IMG/VR virus record: IMGVR_UViG_3300003873_000007 | Span: 1 to 64,000 of that record | Length of the DNA stretch: 64,000 nucleotides | Source: a virus | Strand: one strand, 5' to 3' | Part shown: piece by piece, positions 37,095 to 46,572 of the stretch | How the letters are laid out: each line of letters opens with the position of its first letter | Numbering within the stretch: the stretch's first letter is position 1 | Program-made: the position numbers and the translations under genes | The notes under the pieces: model-generated | Database searches by the model: none | What the model saw: the letters and a program-made list of their open reading frames with translations, nothing else | What the model was told of the DNA's origin: nothing

Positions 37095-40000
37095 ATGGCA
37101 ATAGAATTATCATTCTCGTTATTTGAGAATGCAAATAAATTGAGAAGTGTTACAAACCCATCTTCTTTAAAAGCTGGAAAATTTAAGTTTACAGAAGATG
37201 GATTATATTCCGAGTCTATATTTGGACCATTAAAAAATAATTCATGTTCATGTGGAGCCATTTTCTCAAAAGAAAATTTAGGAGTTCGATGTGAAACATG
37301 TGATGTATTATGTGATACAAATATGCTTCGTAGTTCCACTTTTGGAAGAATTGATTTGCCTAAAAATATATATATTATATTACCAATTTTTCAAAACTTG
37401 TTAGGTAATATTTTCGGTCAGACTGCAATTAAAAGCATATTATCATATCAAAAATATGAAGATAATAAACAGAAGCCATACTATTATTCGATTCAGCAAC
37501 AGAAATTAGTTAAAATTAATAATTTTAAAGATAATGAAAAACGCATATTGAAAAAAGTTTATGATATAACAACACTACATAAATTATACAGAAGTATGTT
37601 AAGAAATAAAGTTTTTAAAGAAAAGATTTTAGAACATTTATCAGATGATAGAATAGCTGATTATGTGTTTGTTAATTTTATTCTAGTTATCCCGCCTGAT
37701 TCTAGACCATTAATTCAATTAAATAAACAATATCAAGCGCATGCGATTACAGCTGCATATACTGAGATTTTAAAAAATATCAAAAATAGTTTTATTGATA
37801 AATTGTTTCAAACAGATTCTGAAGGATTTGGACAAACAGTTTATAAGTATCAGTCAAGTATTAATAAATTATATGCTGAAATAACTGATAAAAATTTTCA
37901 AAGAAAAAAAAGTATAGTTCGAGAATCATTAGCTGGAAAAACAGTAGAGACTTCTCAGCGAGCCACTATTGTACCGGAACCTGTTCTTGCTCCAGGAAGC
38001 ATAGCATTACATGAAGAAACTGTAAAAAAGATTTTTCAATTGGAACTTTTAAATTTTGTTAATTCTGAATATGAAAAACAAGAAAAAGATTCTAGTATTA
38101 CGAACTTTGTACAAACTGTTCATAAACAAACAGCAAGTAATGGAGATATAAATATATCAGATGAGCTGTTTAAAAAATTCTTAGATGAAAAGGGTTCAGA
38201 TCTAAGAATGCTATTAGAACGACCGCCTGTGCTATGGAGATATAATATTTCTGGGGCTTTACTAGGTCTAGTATATGCTGATAATAAACACGTTGGAATT
38301 AAACAGGATCGTGTAACTGGTATGAATTCTTTAGTTGCACAAATGTATAATAGTGATTATGATGGAGATAATCTATCAGTTTATGCATTAACTAGTGAAC
38401 AAGCAAAAAAAGATTTTTGGAACACCTATATGGAGAATTCAGTAGAGTTCGAACATCATAGAGGATTAATTGTAAATCCAGAACATGAAGCAATTTATGC
38501 TGCTTATATATTAAGTGTAAATGCTAACAAACGAACAATTAGAAAATATGATATTGAACAGTATGATTCATATGATGATTTTGAAGTTCAGATTGATACA
38601 ATTAATCGTACCCCAGGCAGAATAGTTTCTATTGATGGAGACAAATTGCCGTATACAATCGCAGTTATAAATAAAGCATTGGGTCTAAATAAAAAGATAT
38701 ATGATGGAAGTTATATATTAAATAAAAAAAATTTACAAAAGCTATTAAAAGTTTTAAGAGAAAATGTTGATGATAAAGAATTTTATACATATGTTCATAA
38801 TTTTGATAAATTTTTATTAGAATGTTCAACTATAATTCAAGATTGTAATCCAACATTTGATTTAGATGACTTTGCAATTGGTAGTGATGAGATTGATAAT
38901 TATAAAAAGACCTTGGTAAATGAACCTTATATAGCATTTCATCAAAACGATATTTTATTTCAAGAAATTGTTACACCTAAAGTAAAAGAAAGAGATACTA
39001 ATATTTTAGCAAAAGTTTTTGATTCTGGAGCAAGAATCAAATCAGTTCAGTTATTAAAAGCTGTTTCAAATAATGGTATCCCTACGAATATTTACGGTAA
39101 AGCTTTTCAAGAAAATATTAAAAATTCATTGCTTGATGGCTTAACTAAACGTGAATTTTTTATGGGAGGAGATAGTGCTAGATTAGCATTAGCCCAACGA
39201 CAGGAAGCTATTCCAAAAGGAGGAGAACTTCAGCGTAAATTTTATTATGCGACAGGATTTTTAAAATTAGACACCTTAGACGATTGTGGATCTGATAGAG
39301 GTTTTGAGTTTAAGATACTTGATAAACAACATTTAGAATCATTGTATTCAAGGTATTATGTAACAGGTGAAGAAATTGATACAACAGATTTAAGTCTTAT
39401 TGGCACATATGTTAATTTAAGAAGTCCAATTTATTGTGAATCTAAGAATTATAAAGTATGTAAAAAATGTTTTGGTCATAAACAACCGCAAAGTGTTGCA
39501 TTAGGCGCAAGTATCGGCGCGTATATATCAGAAAGTATTATCCAAAGTGTTTTACGAACACATCACTTTTCAGGTGCTTTTATTACACAAATAAATGAAA
39601 CAATGACTAAACTTATTAAAAAATTAAGATTTGTTTCACCAAATAAAATTTATTACAATGATGAAAATGACGTTTTAAAATTGCAAGAATTACTTAATTC
39701 TTCAAAATATTATGATGATCCGAATCATGTTGAATTAATAAAAAAGGAAGATTACTATGAAATAATAATAAACGAGTTACCATTTAATGATGATAGTGTT
39801 AAACAATTAAATAATATTGTTAGCATAATTGACAGGAATCGTGATAATGAAAACATGTTATCTCTCAATGAAATGTATAATTTTTTATTAGATAACGTTG
39901 TGTTACCTAATGGAATTTTAAGTATTTTTATTGAATTAGTTATAGGAATATTATATTATGATGAAAATAAAGTAATGATACGCTATAGTAAATTACCAAT

Positions 40001-40160
40001 AGATCATCAAATTGCATTAAAAACTGTTATCGATAGATTAGATCCGAAATTATCAATCTTTCACAATTTCAGCAATAAAGCAATTAATAGAATATACACT
40101 ACAAAAATTAAAGAGAATCTGGATCATATGTATTCAGATTTAATCTCTTGTTACCATTAA
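37095..40160 (+). CDS. Multisubunit RNAP beta' subunit, unsplit (RNAP set 2)
   Basis: DGLYSESIFGP, CSCG..CETC, VIPPDSRP, LLERPP, catalytic YNSDYDGD, IPKGGELQRK, DCGS..RSPIYC..CKKCFG, VLRTHH. Confidence 0.95.
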   Translation: MAIELSFSLFENANKLRSVTNPSSLKAGKFKFTEDGLYSESIFGPLKNNSCSCGAIFSKENLGVRCETCDVLCDTNMLRSSTFGRIDLPKNIYIILPIFQNLLGNIFGQTAIKSILSYQKYEDNKQKPYYYSIQQQKLVKINNFKDNEKRILKKVYDITTLHKLYRSMLRNKVFKEKILEHLSDDRIADYVFVNFILVIPPDSRPLIQLNKQYQAHAITAAYTEILKNIKNSFIDKLFQTDSEGFGQTVYKYQSSINKLYAEITDKNFQRKKSIVRESLAGKTVETSQRATIVPEPVLAPGSIALHEETVKKIFQLELLNFVNSEYEKQEKDSSITNFVQTVHKQTASNGDINISDELFKKFLDEKGSDLRMLLERPPVLWRYNISGALLGLVYADNKHVGIKQDRVTGMNSLVAQMYNSDYDGDNLSVYALTSEQAKKDFWNTYMENSVEFEHHRGLIVNPEHEAIYAAYILSVNANKRTIRKYDIEQYDSYDDFEVQIDTINRTPGRIVSIDGDKLPYTIAVINKALGLNKKIYDGSYILNKKNLQKLLKVLRENVDDKEFYTYVHNFDKFLLECSTIIQDCNPTFDLDDFAIGSDEIDNYKKTLVNEPYIAFHQNDILFQEIVTPKVKERDTNILAKVFDSGARIKSVQLLKAVSNNGIPTNIYGKAFQENIKNSLLDGLTKREFFMGGDSARLALAQRQEAIPKGGELQRKFYYATGFLKLDTLDDCGSDRGFEFKILDKQHLESLYSRYYVTGEEIDTTDLSLIGTYVNLRSPIYCESKNYKVCKKCFGHKQPQSVALGASIGAYISESIIQSVLRTHHFSGAFITQINETMTKLIKKLRFVSPNKIYYNDENDVLKLQELLNSSKYYDDPNHVELIKKEDYYEIIINELPFNDDSVKQLNNIVSIIDRNRDNENMLSLNEMYNFLLDNVVLPNGILSIFIELVIGILYYDENKVMIRYSKLPIDHQIALKTVIDRLDPKLSIFHNFSNKAINRIYTTKIKENLDHMYSDLISCYH

Positions 40161-40171
40161 AGGAATTAAAA

Positions 40172-40357
40172 ATGAAAGAGTTAAAAAAATTTATGAAAAT
40201 TAAAGCAGTGAAACTAGTTCTACTTTTTATTATTATCGGAATGTTAGTTGTAAATTTAGGAAGTATTGCTTATTATATTTTTATTGGAGCAGTTGTTGTA
40301 TTCTTTGGAATTATGGGATATTCATATTACAAAATTAAAACTTCAGGAGAAGAATAG
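40172..40357 (+). CDS. Small membrane protein (start likely 40172)
   Basis: AAGGA RBS; two TM segments. Confidence 0.6.
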   Translation: MKELKKFMKIKAVKLVLLFIIIGMLVVNLGSIAYYIFIGAVVVFFGIMGYSYYKIKTSGEE

Positions 40358-40376
40358 GAGTTCTTCTCCTATTCTT
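40350..40376 (+). terminator. Hairpin, putative terminator
   Basis: AAGAATAGGAG-TTCTT-CTCCTATTCTT. Confidence 0.5.
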
Positions 40377-40381
40377 GTCGC

Positions 40382-40975
40382 ATGATTCAAGGATTACTAA
40401 TCTTTAAATTAAAAGTATTTGTCTTTATTTTGAAAGTTTTGAAAGTTTTGAAAGTATTAATTAAATTATCTATACCTTTATTATTTATATATGGTATAAT
40501 TTATTATACTTTTTATACTTTGATTGGAATCGTATTTATATTATTTTTTAAATTAAGTTATATTCTATATATAATATATAAATTTAAAAAATATGAAAAT
40601 GAAATATTAGACTTGTTGTCTCAGGCATCTTTTAAAAATAATACAAAAATAGCAAAAGACTTTTTTAAATATGATCTATTTGCAAGATATATTTTAAAAT
40701 TATTGCTAGATAAACAAGTAAAAGAGAAAAACGAAGCGAAGGACGGTGCATCGAAGGATGATAATCCTTCTAAAATTTTAGGAATTGATGATTGTTTTAA
40801 AATATTAAATTTAAACATATCTAATTATAACGAAAAAGATATAAAAAAAAATTGGAAGAAGTTAGCTAAAATATATCATCCTGATAAATTTCAGAATGAA
40901 TATGAAAAAAATAAAGCTCAAAAAAAATTTATTGAAATAACGGAATGTAAAGATAAGTTATTGAAATCATTATAA
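40382..40975 (+). CDS. Membrane protein with a C-terminal J-domain
   Basis: N-terminal TM; FKILNL..IKKNWKKLAKIYHPDK. Confidence 0.85.
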   Translation: MIQGLLIFKLKVFVFILKVLKVLKVLIKLSIPLLFIYGIIYYTFYTLIGIVFILFFKLSYILYIIYKFKKYENEILDLLSQASFKNNTKIAKDFFKYDLFARYILKLLLDKQVKEKNEAKDGASKDDNPSKILGIDDCFKILNLNISNYNEKDIKKNWKKLAKIYHPDKFQNEYEKNKAQKKFIEITECKDKLLKSL

Positions 40976-40984
40976 AGGATTAAT

Positions 40985-42259
40985 ATGTGTAGTTTTGTAA
41001 AAGTATATGGGAAAGCGTCAAAAGTTAAAGATATAATACCCGAAATATATGAAATGTTGAAAATAAAAGGTGGTGATGAATCAGCTGTTATAATTGAGAG
41101 ACAAAAATTTACGAGTAGAATATCATATAATAATCTACCAGAAGATAATATATGGGAAGATAATATTTCACAAATATGTTCAAATGAATCATATTATAAT
41201 TTTTTCTTTTTTAGCAGATTGACTCCTGAAATGGAAGAACCCTCGACATTTAAACAGCCATACATTACATCAAATAATGATATAGTTATGGTTCATGGTA
41301 CAATACCTAGAGCAGAAGAGATTGCAAAAGAAAAAAATATTAATATCTCAGTAGATACTGAGATATTTCAGCATTTACCATTTTATGATGCGATTGAACA
41401 AGTACAAAATACAGGTGGAAAAATTAGTGCTGTATCATTGAAACATCATTATAATTCTGGTCTAGGTTTATATAAATATTCATATAAAGATTTAGAACTT
41501 ATATCTAATATAGATATCGGATATTTTAATAAAAAAGAATTACCAATCGATACAATTGATGATTCAACTATTAAATTAGTATCTTTATATTCAGGTGGAT
41601 TAGATATAACGTGTGCAACTCAAAAAGCTTTAGCTGAGAATGATTATGAATCAGCGGAATTATGGTATTTTGATTGGGGTACGGTAGCAAATGCTGAAGA
41701 AATTAAAGCAGGTGAATTAGCAGCTAAAGAATATAGTAAGATATATTATTTGTCAGTGGATTTTAAAATCATTGATGTTAAAGATTATTTTAGTAATTTA
41801 CTTGAAGTTTGTGGATTAAAAGATATTAGACTAATGAATAAAAATTCAATTGGAGCAGGTGAAGCGGAAGCTGAAGCAGCTATTTCATATGTACCTTTTA
41901 GAAATACACAACTATTAACATTAGCAGCTGCTCGATGTGAACAGCTTTATCCAAATGAATTGGTTGATATTTGTATAGGTGCAAATTTATCAGAAGGCAT
42001 GATTTACTTAGATAACTCAGAAACTTTTGTAACAACAATGAGTAAGTTAGTAAAAGTTGGTGGACAAGAGTGTTCAGGTTTTAATGTAATTGCTCCATAT
42101 GTTAATAGAACTAAGACAGCAATGGTTAAAGATGCGAATGAAAATCATTATTTATTATCAAGTTTTAGTTGTTATTTTCCAGTTAATGGTGAACCATGCG
42201 GAAAATGCGGTTCATGTTTACTTAAAGAAAATGCTTTAAAAAGAGCGGAAAATGATTAA
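40985..42259 (+). CDS. Gat-QueC: class II glutamine amidotransferase-like domain fused to QueC
   Basis: N-terminal MC, SRLTPE, QPY, VHGTI, VDTE; then SGGLD, YVPFRN, SCYFP..PCGKCGSC. Confidence 0.8.
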   Translation: MCSFVKVYGKASKVKDIIPEIYEMLKIKGGDESAVIIERQKFTSRISYNNLPEDNIWEDNISQICSNESYYNFFFFSRLTPEMEEPSTFKQPYITSNNDIVMVHGTIPRAEEIAKEKNINISVDTEIFQHLPFYDAIEQVQNTGGKISAVSLKHHYNSGLGLYKYSYKDLELISNIDIGYFNKKELPIDTIDDSTIKLVSLYSGGLDITCATQKALAENDYESAELWYFDWGTVANAEEIKAGELAAKEYSKIYYLSVDFKIIDVKDYFSNLLEVCGLKDIRLMNKNSIGAGEAEAEAAISYVPFRNTQLLTLAAARCEQLYPNELVDICIGANLSEGMIYLDNSETFVTTMSKLVKVGGQECSGFNVIAPYVNRTKTAMVKDANENHYLLSSFSCYFPVNGEPCGKCGSCLLKENALKRAEND

Positions 42260-42425
42260 ATTAGAATTAGAAGAATTTCAAGAAATTAATAAAGATGACT
42301 TAAATTGCATCTTTGGTGAATCTGGGTCAAATAGAGAACCTGATTTTGATTATGATCAACAATGTGAATATTTATTACATAATGATGATGAATATTCATA
42401 TTTAATTAGAGAAAAGGAAGAATAA
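42252..42425 (+). CDS. Small acidic protein (57 aa, MIKLELEEFQ...)
   Basis: Read manually; coupled at both ends. Confidence 0.6.
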   Translation: MIKLELEEFQEINKDDLNCIFGESGSNREPDFDYDQQCEYLLHNDDEYSYLIREKEE

Positions 42426-42712
42426 TGTTTGATTCATATCCAAAAACTATACAATCGATAGAAAATAAATTAGGATGTGATTGCTACCAATTATTAACAC
42501 TTGAAGGTGATGATTTTAGTCAAATAAAAGGATTAACTGAAATAGGAAATACTTTATTAAAAGAATTTCCTAAGGTATCATTATTTATTTCAAGTAATGC
42601 TCATGATTTTGGAACTTATTATGGCTTAGAAGTTTCTGAAAAAGATTTAGAAACAACTGATATAGAAGATCGCAGCATTGTAGTTGCAGAAGAACTTGGG
42701 TTCGAGATTTAA
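42425..42712 (+). CDS. Hypothetical protein
   Basis: 95 aa, AAGGA RBS. Confidence 0.65.
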   Translation: MFDSYPKTIQSIENKLGCDCYQLLTLEGDDFSQIKGLTEIGNTLLKEFPKVSLFISSNAHDFGTYYGLEVSEKDLETTDIEDRSIVVAEELGFEI

Positions 42713-42722
42713 AGGAAAAATT

Positions 42723-43391
42723 ATGAAAAAATATAAATATGTATTACCAGAAAGAGTTGAACATTTATTTTTAGATGATAATATAACAGGAATAACTTAC
42801 AACGGGACTCGATACAATAAGTTATTATCTAAAAAATTAAAAGAAGCTGGTGAATTATCAGAATTGGAAATATATGATGCTTTACATGATCATATTAATC
42901 TTAAAAAAGAAGATTTTCATGAAATTGTTGCAAAAGAAGATTTATTTGCAAAAAAATTAGATGAATTAATAAATGTTGTAGATGCATTATCAAATGAAGA
43001 TTATGAGGATGATGTTATAGGGACATTGATTACTATTGAAAGCAATTATCGACAAACAATGTATTTTAAAAAGACTGACGTTATATGTGCAATTAATGAT
43101 AATGCACAGGAAGGTATTGATAATAATCTTAGAACACATTTAAAAAATAAATTACAAGGAAATTCATTTAATTGGACAATTGGTAAATTATATGCGGATG
43201 ATTTACAACCAGTTTATAAATTTTATTATTATGATGAAAATTATCGATATAACTCATCTACTGGTGCTGGAACATTAACCGGATGGTTAACAACGGAAGA
43301 GATTGAAAAACGAGCAAAAGATAAGGCAATTATAACATTGAATGGTAATTATAAATTATCTGGCAGTTTTTTTAATAGAATAAAAGGTTAA
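42723..43391 (+). CDS. Hypothetical protein (start likely 42723)
   Basis: AAGGA RBS. Confidence 0.7.
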   Translation: MKKYKYVLPERVEHLFLDDNITGITYNGTRYNKLLSKKLKEAGELSELEIYDALHDHINLKKEDFHEIVAKEDLFAKKLDELINVVDALSNEDYEDDVIGTLITIESNYRQTMYFKKTDVICAINDNAQEGIDNNLRTHLKNKLQGNSFNWTIGKLYADDLQPVYKFYYYDENYRYNSSTGAGTLTGWLTTEEIEKRAKDKAIITLNGNYKLSGSFFNRIKG

Positions 43392-43393
43392 AT

Positions 43394-44566
43394 ATGAATT
43401 TGATTAAATTCGAACCAAAAACAGTATCAAATGACAAATGGAAAATAGTAAAAGATTTTAGACAAATGGATCATGATAAAGTTTATGATATTTTAAGAAA
43501 TATGATGAGTAACATTAAAAAAATATTACCTGATAATTTTAAAAGTGAAATCAAATCAGAGGATAGCTCCAGTGATTATTTAGGAGATTCTGGCTCATAT
43601 TATGAGAAACTTATAATTAAAATGGAAGCAGATAACCATGAACAGAAATTAGAATTATTATATCCAAAATTATTACAAGGTAATTATTTTATAATGAATG
43701 GTTCTTTGTATGTTCCAATTCTTTTTTTAGAAAGATCACCAATTGATGTTTTAAAAAATGAAAAGAAGGGCAATAAAATATTTATTAATTTACTTCCTAC
43801 TTTTAACTTAACTTTCAATTTTCAAAAAAATGAAGTTTTATTTAGACGAAAAACTGTTGAATTAAATACATTTATGAAAACATTGTTTGATGAAGAATAT
43901 TATCAACAGTTGGTTGATAATGATATCATTTCTCCATGCGAAATGAAAGAGAATGATAGAATTGAACATGTTTATAAAATGATGGGGTTCCATGAGACTG
44001 ATTTTTTTATAAATAAAAATCTTGAATTACATACATTTTTTGATGAATATATCATATTAGATTATTTTAGAGGAATGTTTAAAGATTATTTCGGAGTAGA
44101 TAATATTCGAGATATTGTTAAATTAGTAATTAAGCATCATGTCGATGATGCTGTAATTGATATGAGCGATTTAAATAATCGTCGAATCGTTATGAATGAA
44201 TATTTAATTAATCCGATTTATGAAATGTATTTAAGATTATTATATGGAGCAATTGATAAAAATGAAAAACAAGCATTTTTACCTACTATGAATTCTAGAG
44301 TGTTAATTACATCAGGATTTAGGGGATTGATGCACGCAGGCCAGTATTTTAATATTTCTTTACCGTATACTAATCCAGTTATAAATAAAGTATCACAAGA
44401 TATTTATATTATTAATGATAGTAGAATACCAAAATCATGGACAGCAAATCATCCATCTGGTTTTGGTAAATTGTGTCCTATTAGTGTATCAGCTCAAAAA
44501 ATGGGTAGTAATCTAATTTTTACAAATGATACTCGGCTTAATTATTATGGCAGAGTTGAAGAATAG
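43394..44566 (+). CDS. RNAP beta subunit, N-terminal fragment (RNAP set 2)
   Basis: YFIMNG..ERSP; DMSDLNNRRI; HPSGFGKLCP. Confidence 0.88.
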   Translation: MNLIKFEPKTVSNDKWKIVKDFRQMDHDKVYDILRNMMSNIKKILPDNFKSEIKSEDSSSDYLGDSGSYYEKLIIKMEADNHEQKLELLYPKLLQGNYFIMNGSLYVPILFLERSPIDVLKNEKKGNKIFINLLPTFNLTFNFQKNEVLFRRKTVELNTFMKTLFDEEYYQQLVDNDIISPCEMKENDRIEHVYKMMGFHETDFFINKNLELHTFFDEYIILDYFRGMFKDYFGVDNIRDIVKLVIKHHVDDAVIDMSDLNNRRIVMNEYLINPIYEMYLRLLYGAIDKNEKQAFLPTMNSRVLITSGFRGLMHAGQYFNISLPYTNPVINKVSQDIYIINDSRIPKSWTANHPSGFGKLCPISVSAQKMGSNLIFTNDTRLNYYGRVEE

Positions 44567-45626
44567 CAAGGATCTTAAATATATTAAATATTTAGATAAA
44601 GCAAATAAAATACATGATGGAAAATATACATATATTTCTATAGTAAAACCAGACACTGTTTTAGAAATAAACTGTCCCATACATGGAATGTTTTATCAAA
44701 AATATTATAATCATATTTATAGAAAGAATGGATGTTTTGAATGTTCAAAAACTAAATTATCAACAGAAGAGTTTACTAAACGAGCAAATATAATTCATAG
44801 GAATAAATATGATTATTCAGTTACCATTTATCAAGGACGAAAAAAAAGATTAAAAATCAAATGTTTAATACATGGCATATTTGAAACATATGCTGAAAAT
44901 CATATCGGGTCGCAAAAAAGTGGATGTCCTAAATGTGCGGATATCTCCTATAACACGGATAGTTTTATATCATTAGCTAATAAAATTCATAAAAATAAAT
45001 ATAATTATATTAAAGTTAATTATAAAAACATTCGTGAAAAAATTATTATTGGATGTCCTGAACACGGAGATTTTAAACAAGACCCAAATTCACATATAAA
45101 TATTAAATGTGGTTGTCCTAAATGTGCTGATACAACTTCAAATACAGACGAATTTATTAAAAAAAGTGTAATAGTCCATTATGATAAGTACAATTATGAT
45201 AAAGTACAATATACAAATGCTAAAAATAAAGTTGAAATTATTTGTGATTCTCATGGATTGTTTCATCAGACACCTAATGATCATTTACAAGGACACGGAT
45301 GTCCTAAATGCAATTCGAGTAAGGGTGAAATATATATTAAAAATATATTAGAGGCAAATGATATAAGTTTTATTGAACAATATAAGTTTGAAGATTGTGT
45401 TAATCTAATGACGCATAAAAAATTAATATTTGATTTTTATTTACCTAAATTAAATATATGTATTGAATACGATGGTATTCAACATTTTAAACCAATCGAA
45501 TATTTTGGAGGTGAAAAAGTTTTTAAACAACAACAATTAAATGATTTATATAAATCACAATATTGTGATAAATATAATATTAAATTAATACGATTTGATT
45601 ACAAGGAAAGAATATGGATAACTTAA
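44547..45626 (+). CDS. Free-standing homing endonuclease (4 CxxHG/CxxC repeats plus Vsr-like domain); start likely 44547
   Basis: Repeats; FDFYLP..IEYDGIQHF. Confidence 0.82.
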   Translation: MAELKNSKDLKYIKYLDKANKIHDGKYTYISIVKPDTVLEINCPIHGMFYQKYYNHIYRKNGCFECSKTKLSTEEFTKRANIIHRNKYDYSVTIYQGRKKRLKIKCLIHGIFETYAENHIGSQKSGCPKCADISYNTDSFISLANKIHKNKYNYIKVNYKNIREKIIIGCPEHGDFKQDPNSHINIKCGCPKCADTTSNTDEFIKKSVIVHYDKYNYDKVQYTNAKNKVEIICDSHGLFHQTPNDHLQGHGCPKCNSSKGEIYIKNILEANDISFIEQYKFEDCVNLMTHKKLIFDFYLPKLNICIEYDGIQHFKPIEYFGGEKVFKQQQLNDLYKSQYCDKYNIKLIRFDYKERIWIT

Positions 45627-46126
45627 ATAAAAATTTTGGGAATGTCTTATATATTTTAAAACAGCATGACATTGTGCCTAAATATATAAATAAATTTATG
45701 TATTTAATAGAGTGGAAATACATTTTATTATATAATAAACGATTATTTAATTGTAAATGGGAGAGATCTCAATCAAATATTATAGCAAAAAAAAGTGATA
45801 TTATAATAAAAAACTCATCAAGTGAATCAGATGATATAATAGAAAATATTGTATTATTTACACTTGAGAAGTTAGAACGGCTTGGATATTTTGAGATAGA
45901 TAGATTAGTAATGAGCACATATCCATTTATAATTAGTAATGATTTTGATACATTAGATTTATTGCATTTATCAAAAGATTATAAAAGTATCTTAAATAGA
46001 AAAGAGAAAAAATCTTTAGAAAATGTGATTTTTGGAGATAAAACAACCTCAAATAAAAAGAATAATGTTAGTGTATTATTCTATAAAATACAAAATATAT
46101 TAAAGGAAATAAAATGGACATTTTAA
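45614..46126 (+). CDS. Possible Panacea (DUF4065/SocA-like) domain protein
   Basis: INKFMYLIEW...; VMSTYPF...LDL. Confidence 0.4.
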   Translation: MDNLNKNFGNVLYILKQHDIVPKYINKFMYLIEWKYILLYNKRLFNCKWERSQSNIIAKKSDIIIKNSSSESDDIIENIVLFTLEKLERLGYFEIDRLVMSTYPFIISNDFDTLDLLHLSKDYKSILNRKEKKSLENVIFGDKTTSNKKNNVSVLFYKIQNILKEIKWTF

Positions 46127-46380
46127 ATATGAAAAAAGCGTTTGATTTAAATGCAGAGTTAGATAGATTAAACCGTGATATTAGAACAGCTGAAAAAATA
46201 TTGGAATCTGGAGATGGATTTCATATGATTACTGAGAAAGATTTCTCAGGTTATAATTTACATATAATGTTCGATAAAGATGGTAACTATCATCCAGTTT
46301 ATAAAAAATTATTAAATGTTTATTTAGAAGAATTATCATCAAGAATTCTTGAAATACATAAAGAAATAGAATTATTATAA
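46114..46380 (+). CDS. Hypothetical protein
   Basis: 88 aa, AAGGA RBS. Confidence 0.65.
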   Translation: MDILNMKKAFDLNAELDRLNRDIRTAEKILESGDGFHMITEKDFSGYNLHIMFDKDGNYHPVYKKLLNVYLEELSSRILEIHKEIELL

Positions 46381-46389
46381 GGACATAAA

Positions 46390-46572
46390 ATGTATAAATT
46401 AAAATTTTTAGGATTAATATTTTTAATATTTTTAGCAGGATTTGTCGCAGCAATTAATATATTACCATTGATAGACATAAGTCAATATCATCAAGAGCCT
46501 TATAAATCATTATTTGCAATAATAATTAGCATTTATTTAGGAATTACATTGTATGAATTAAAGGATAATTAG
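46390..46572 (+). CDS. Small membrane protein
   Basis: 60 aa, two TM segments. Confidence 0.6.
   Translation: MYKLKFLGLIFLIFLAGFVAAINILPLIDISQYHQEPYKSLFAIIISIYLGITLYELKDN

Noticed and set aside
26408-42259. QatABCD or type IV CBASS defence operon
   Set aside because: No adjacent QatA ATPase, TatD, CD-NTase or TGT; the QueC genes sit in a phage replication context.
44567-46571. Intron interrupting RNAP beta
   Set aside because: The interval is fully occupied by four coupled ORFs with no room for a ribozyme core, and beta-C has its own RBS and GTG start.
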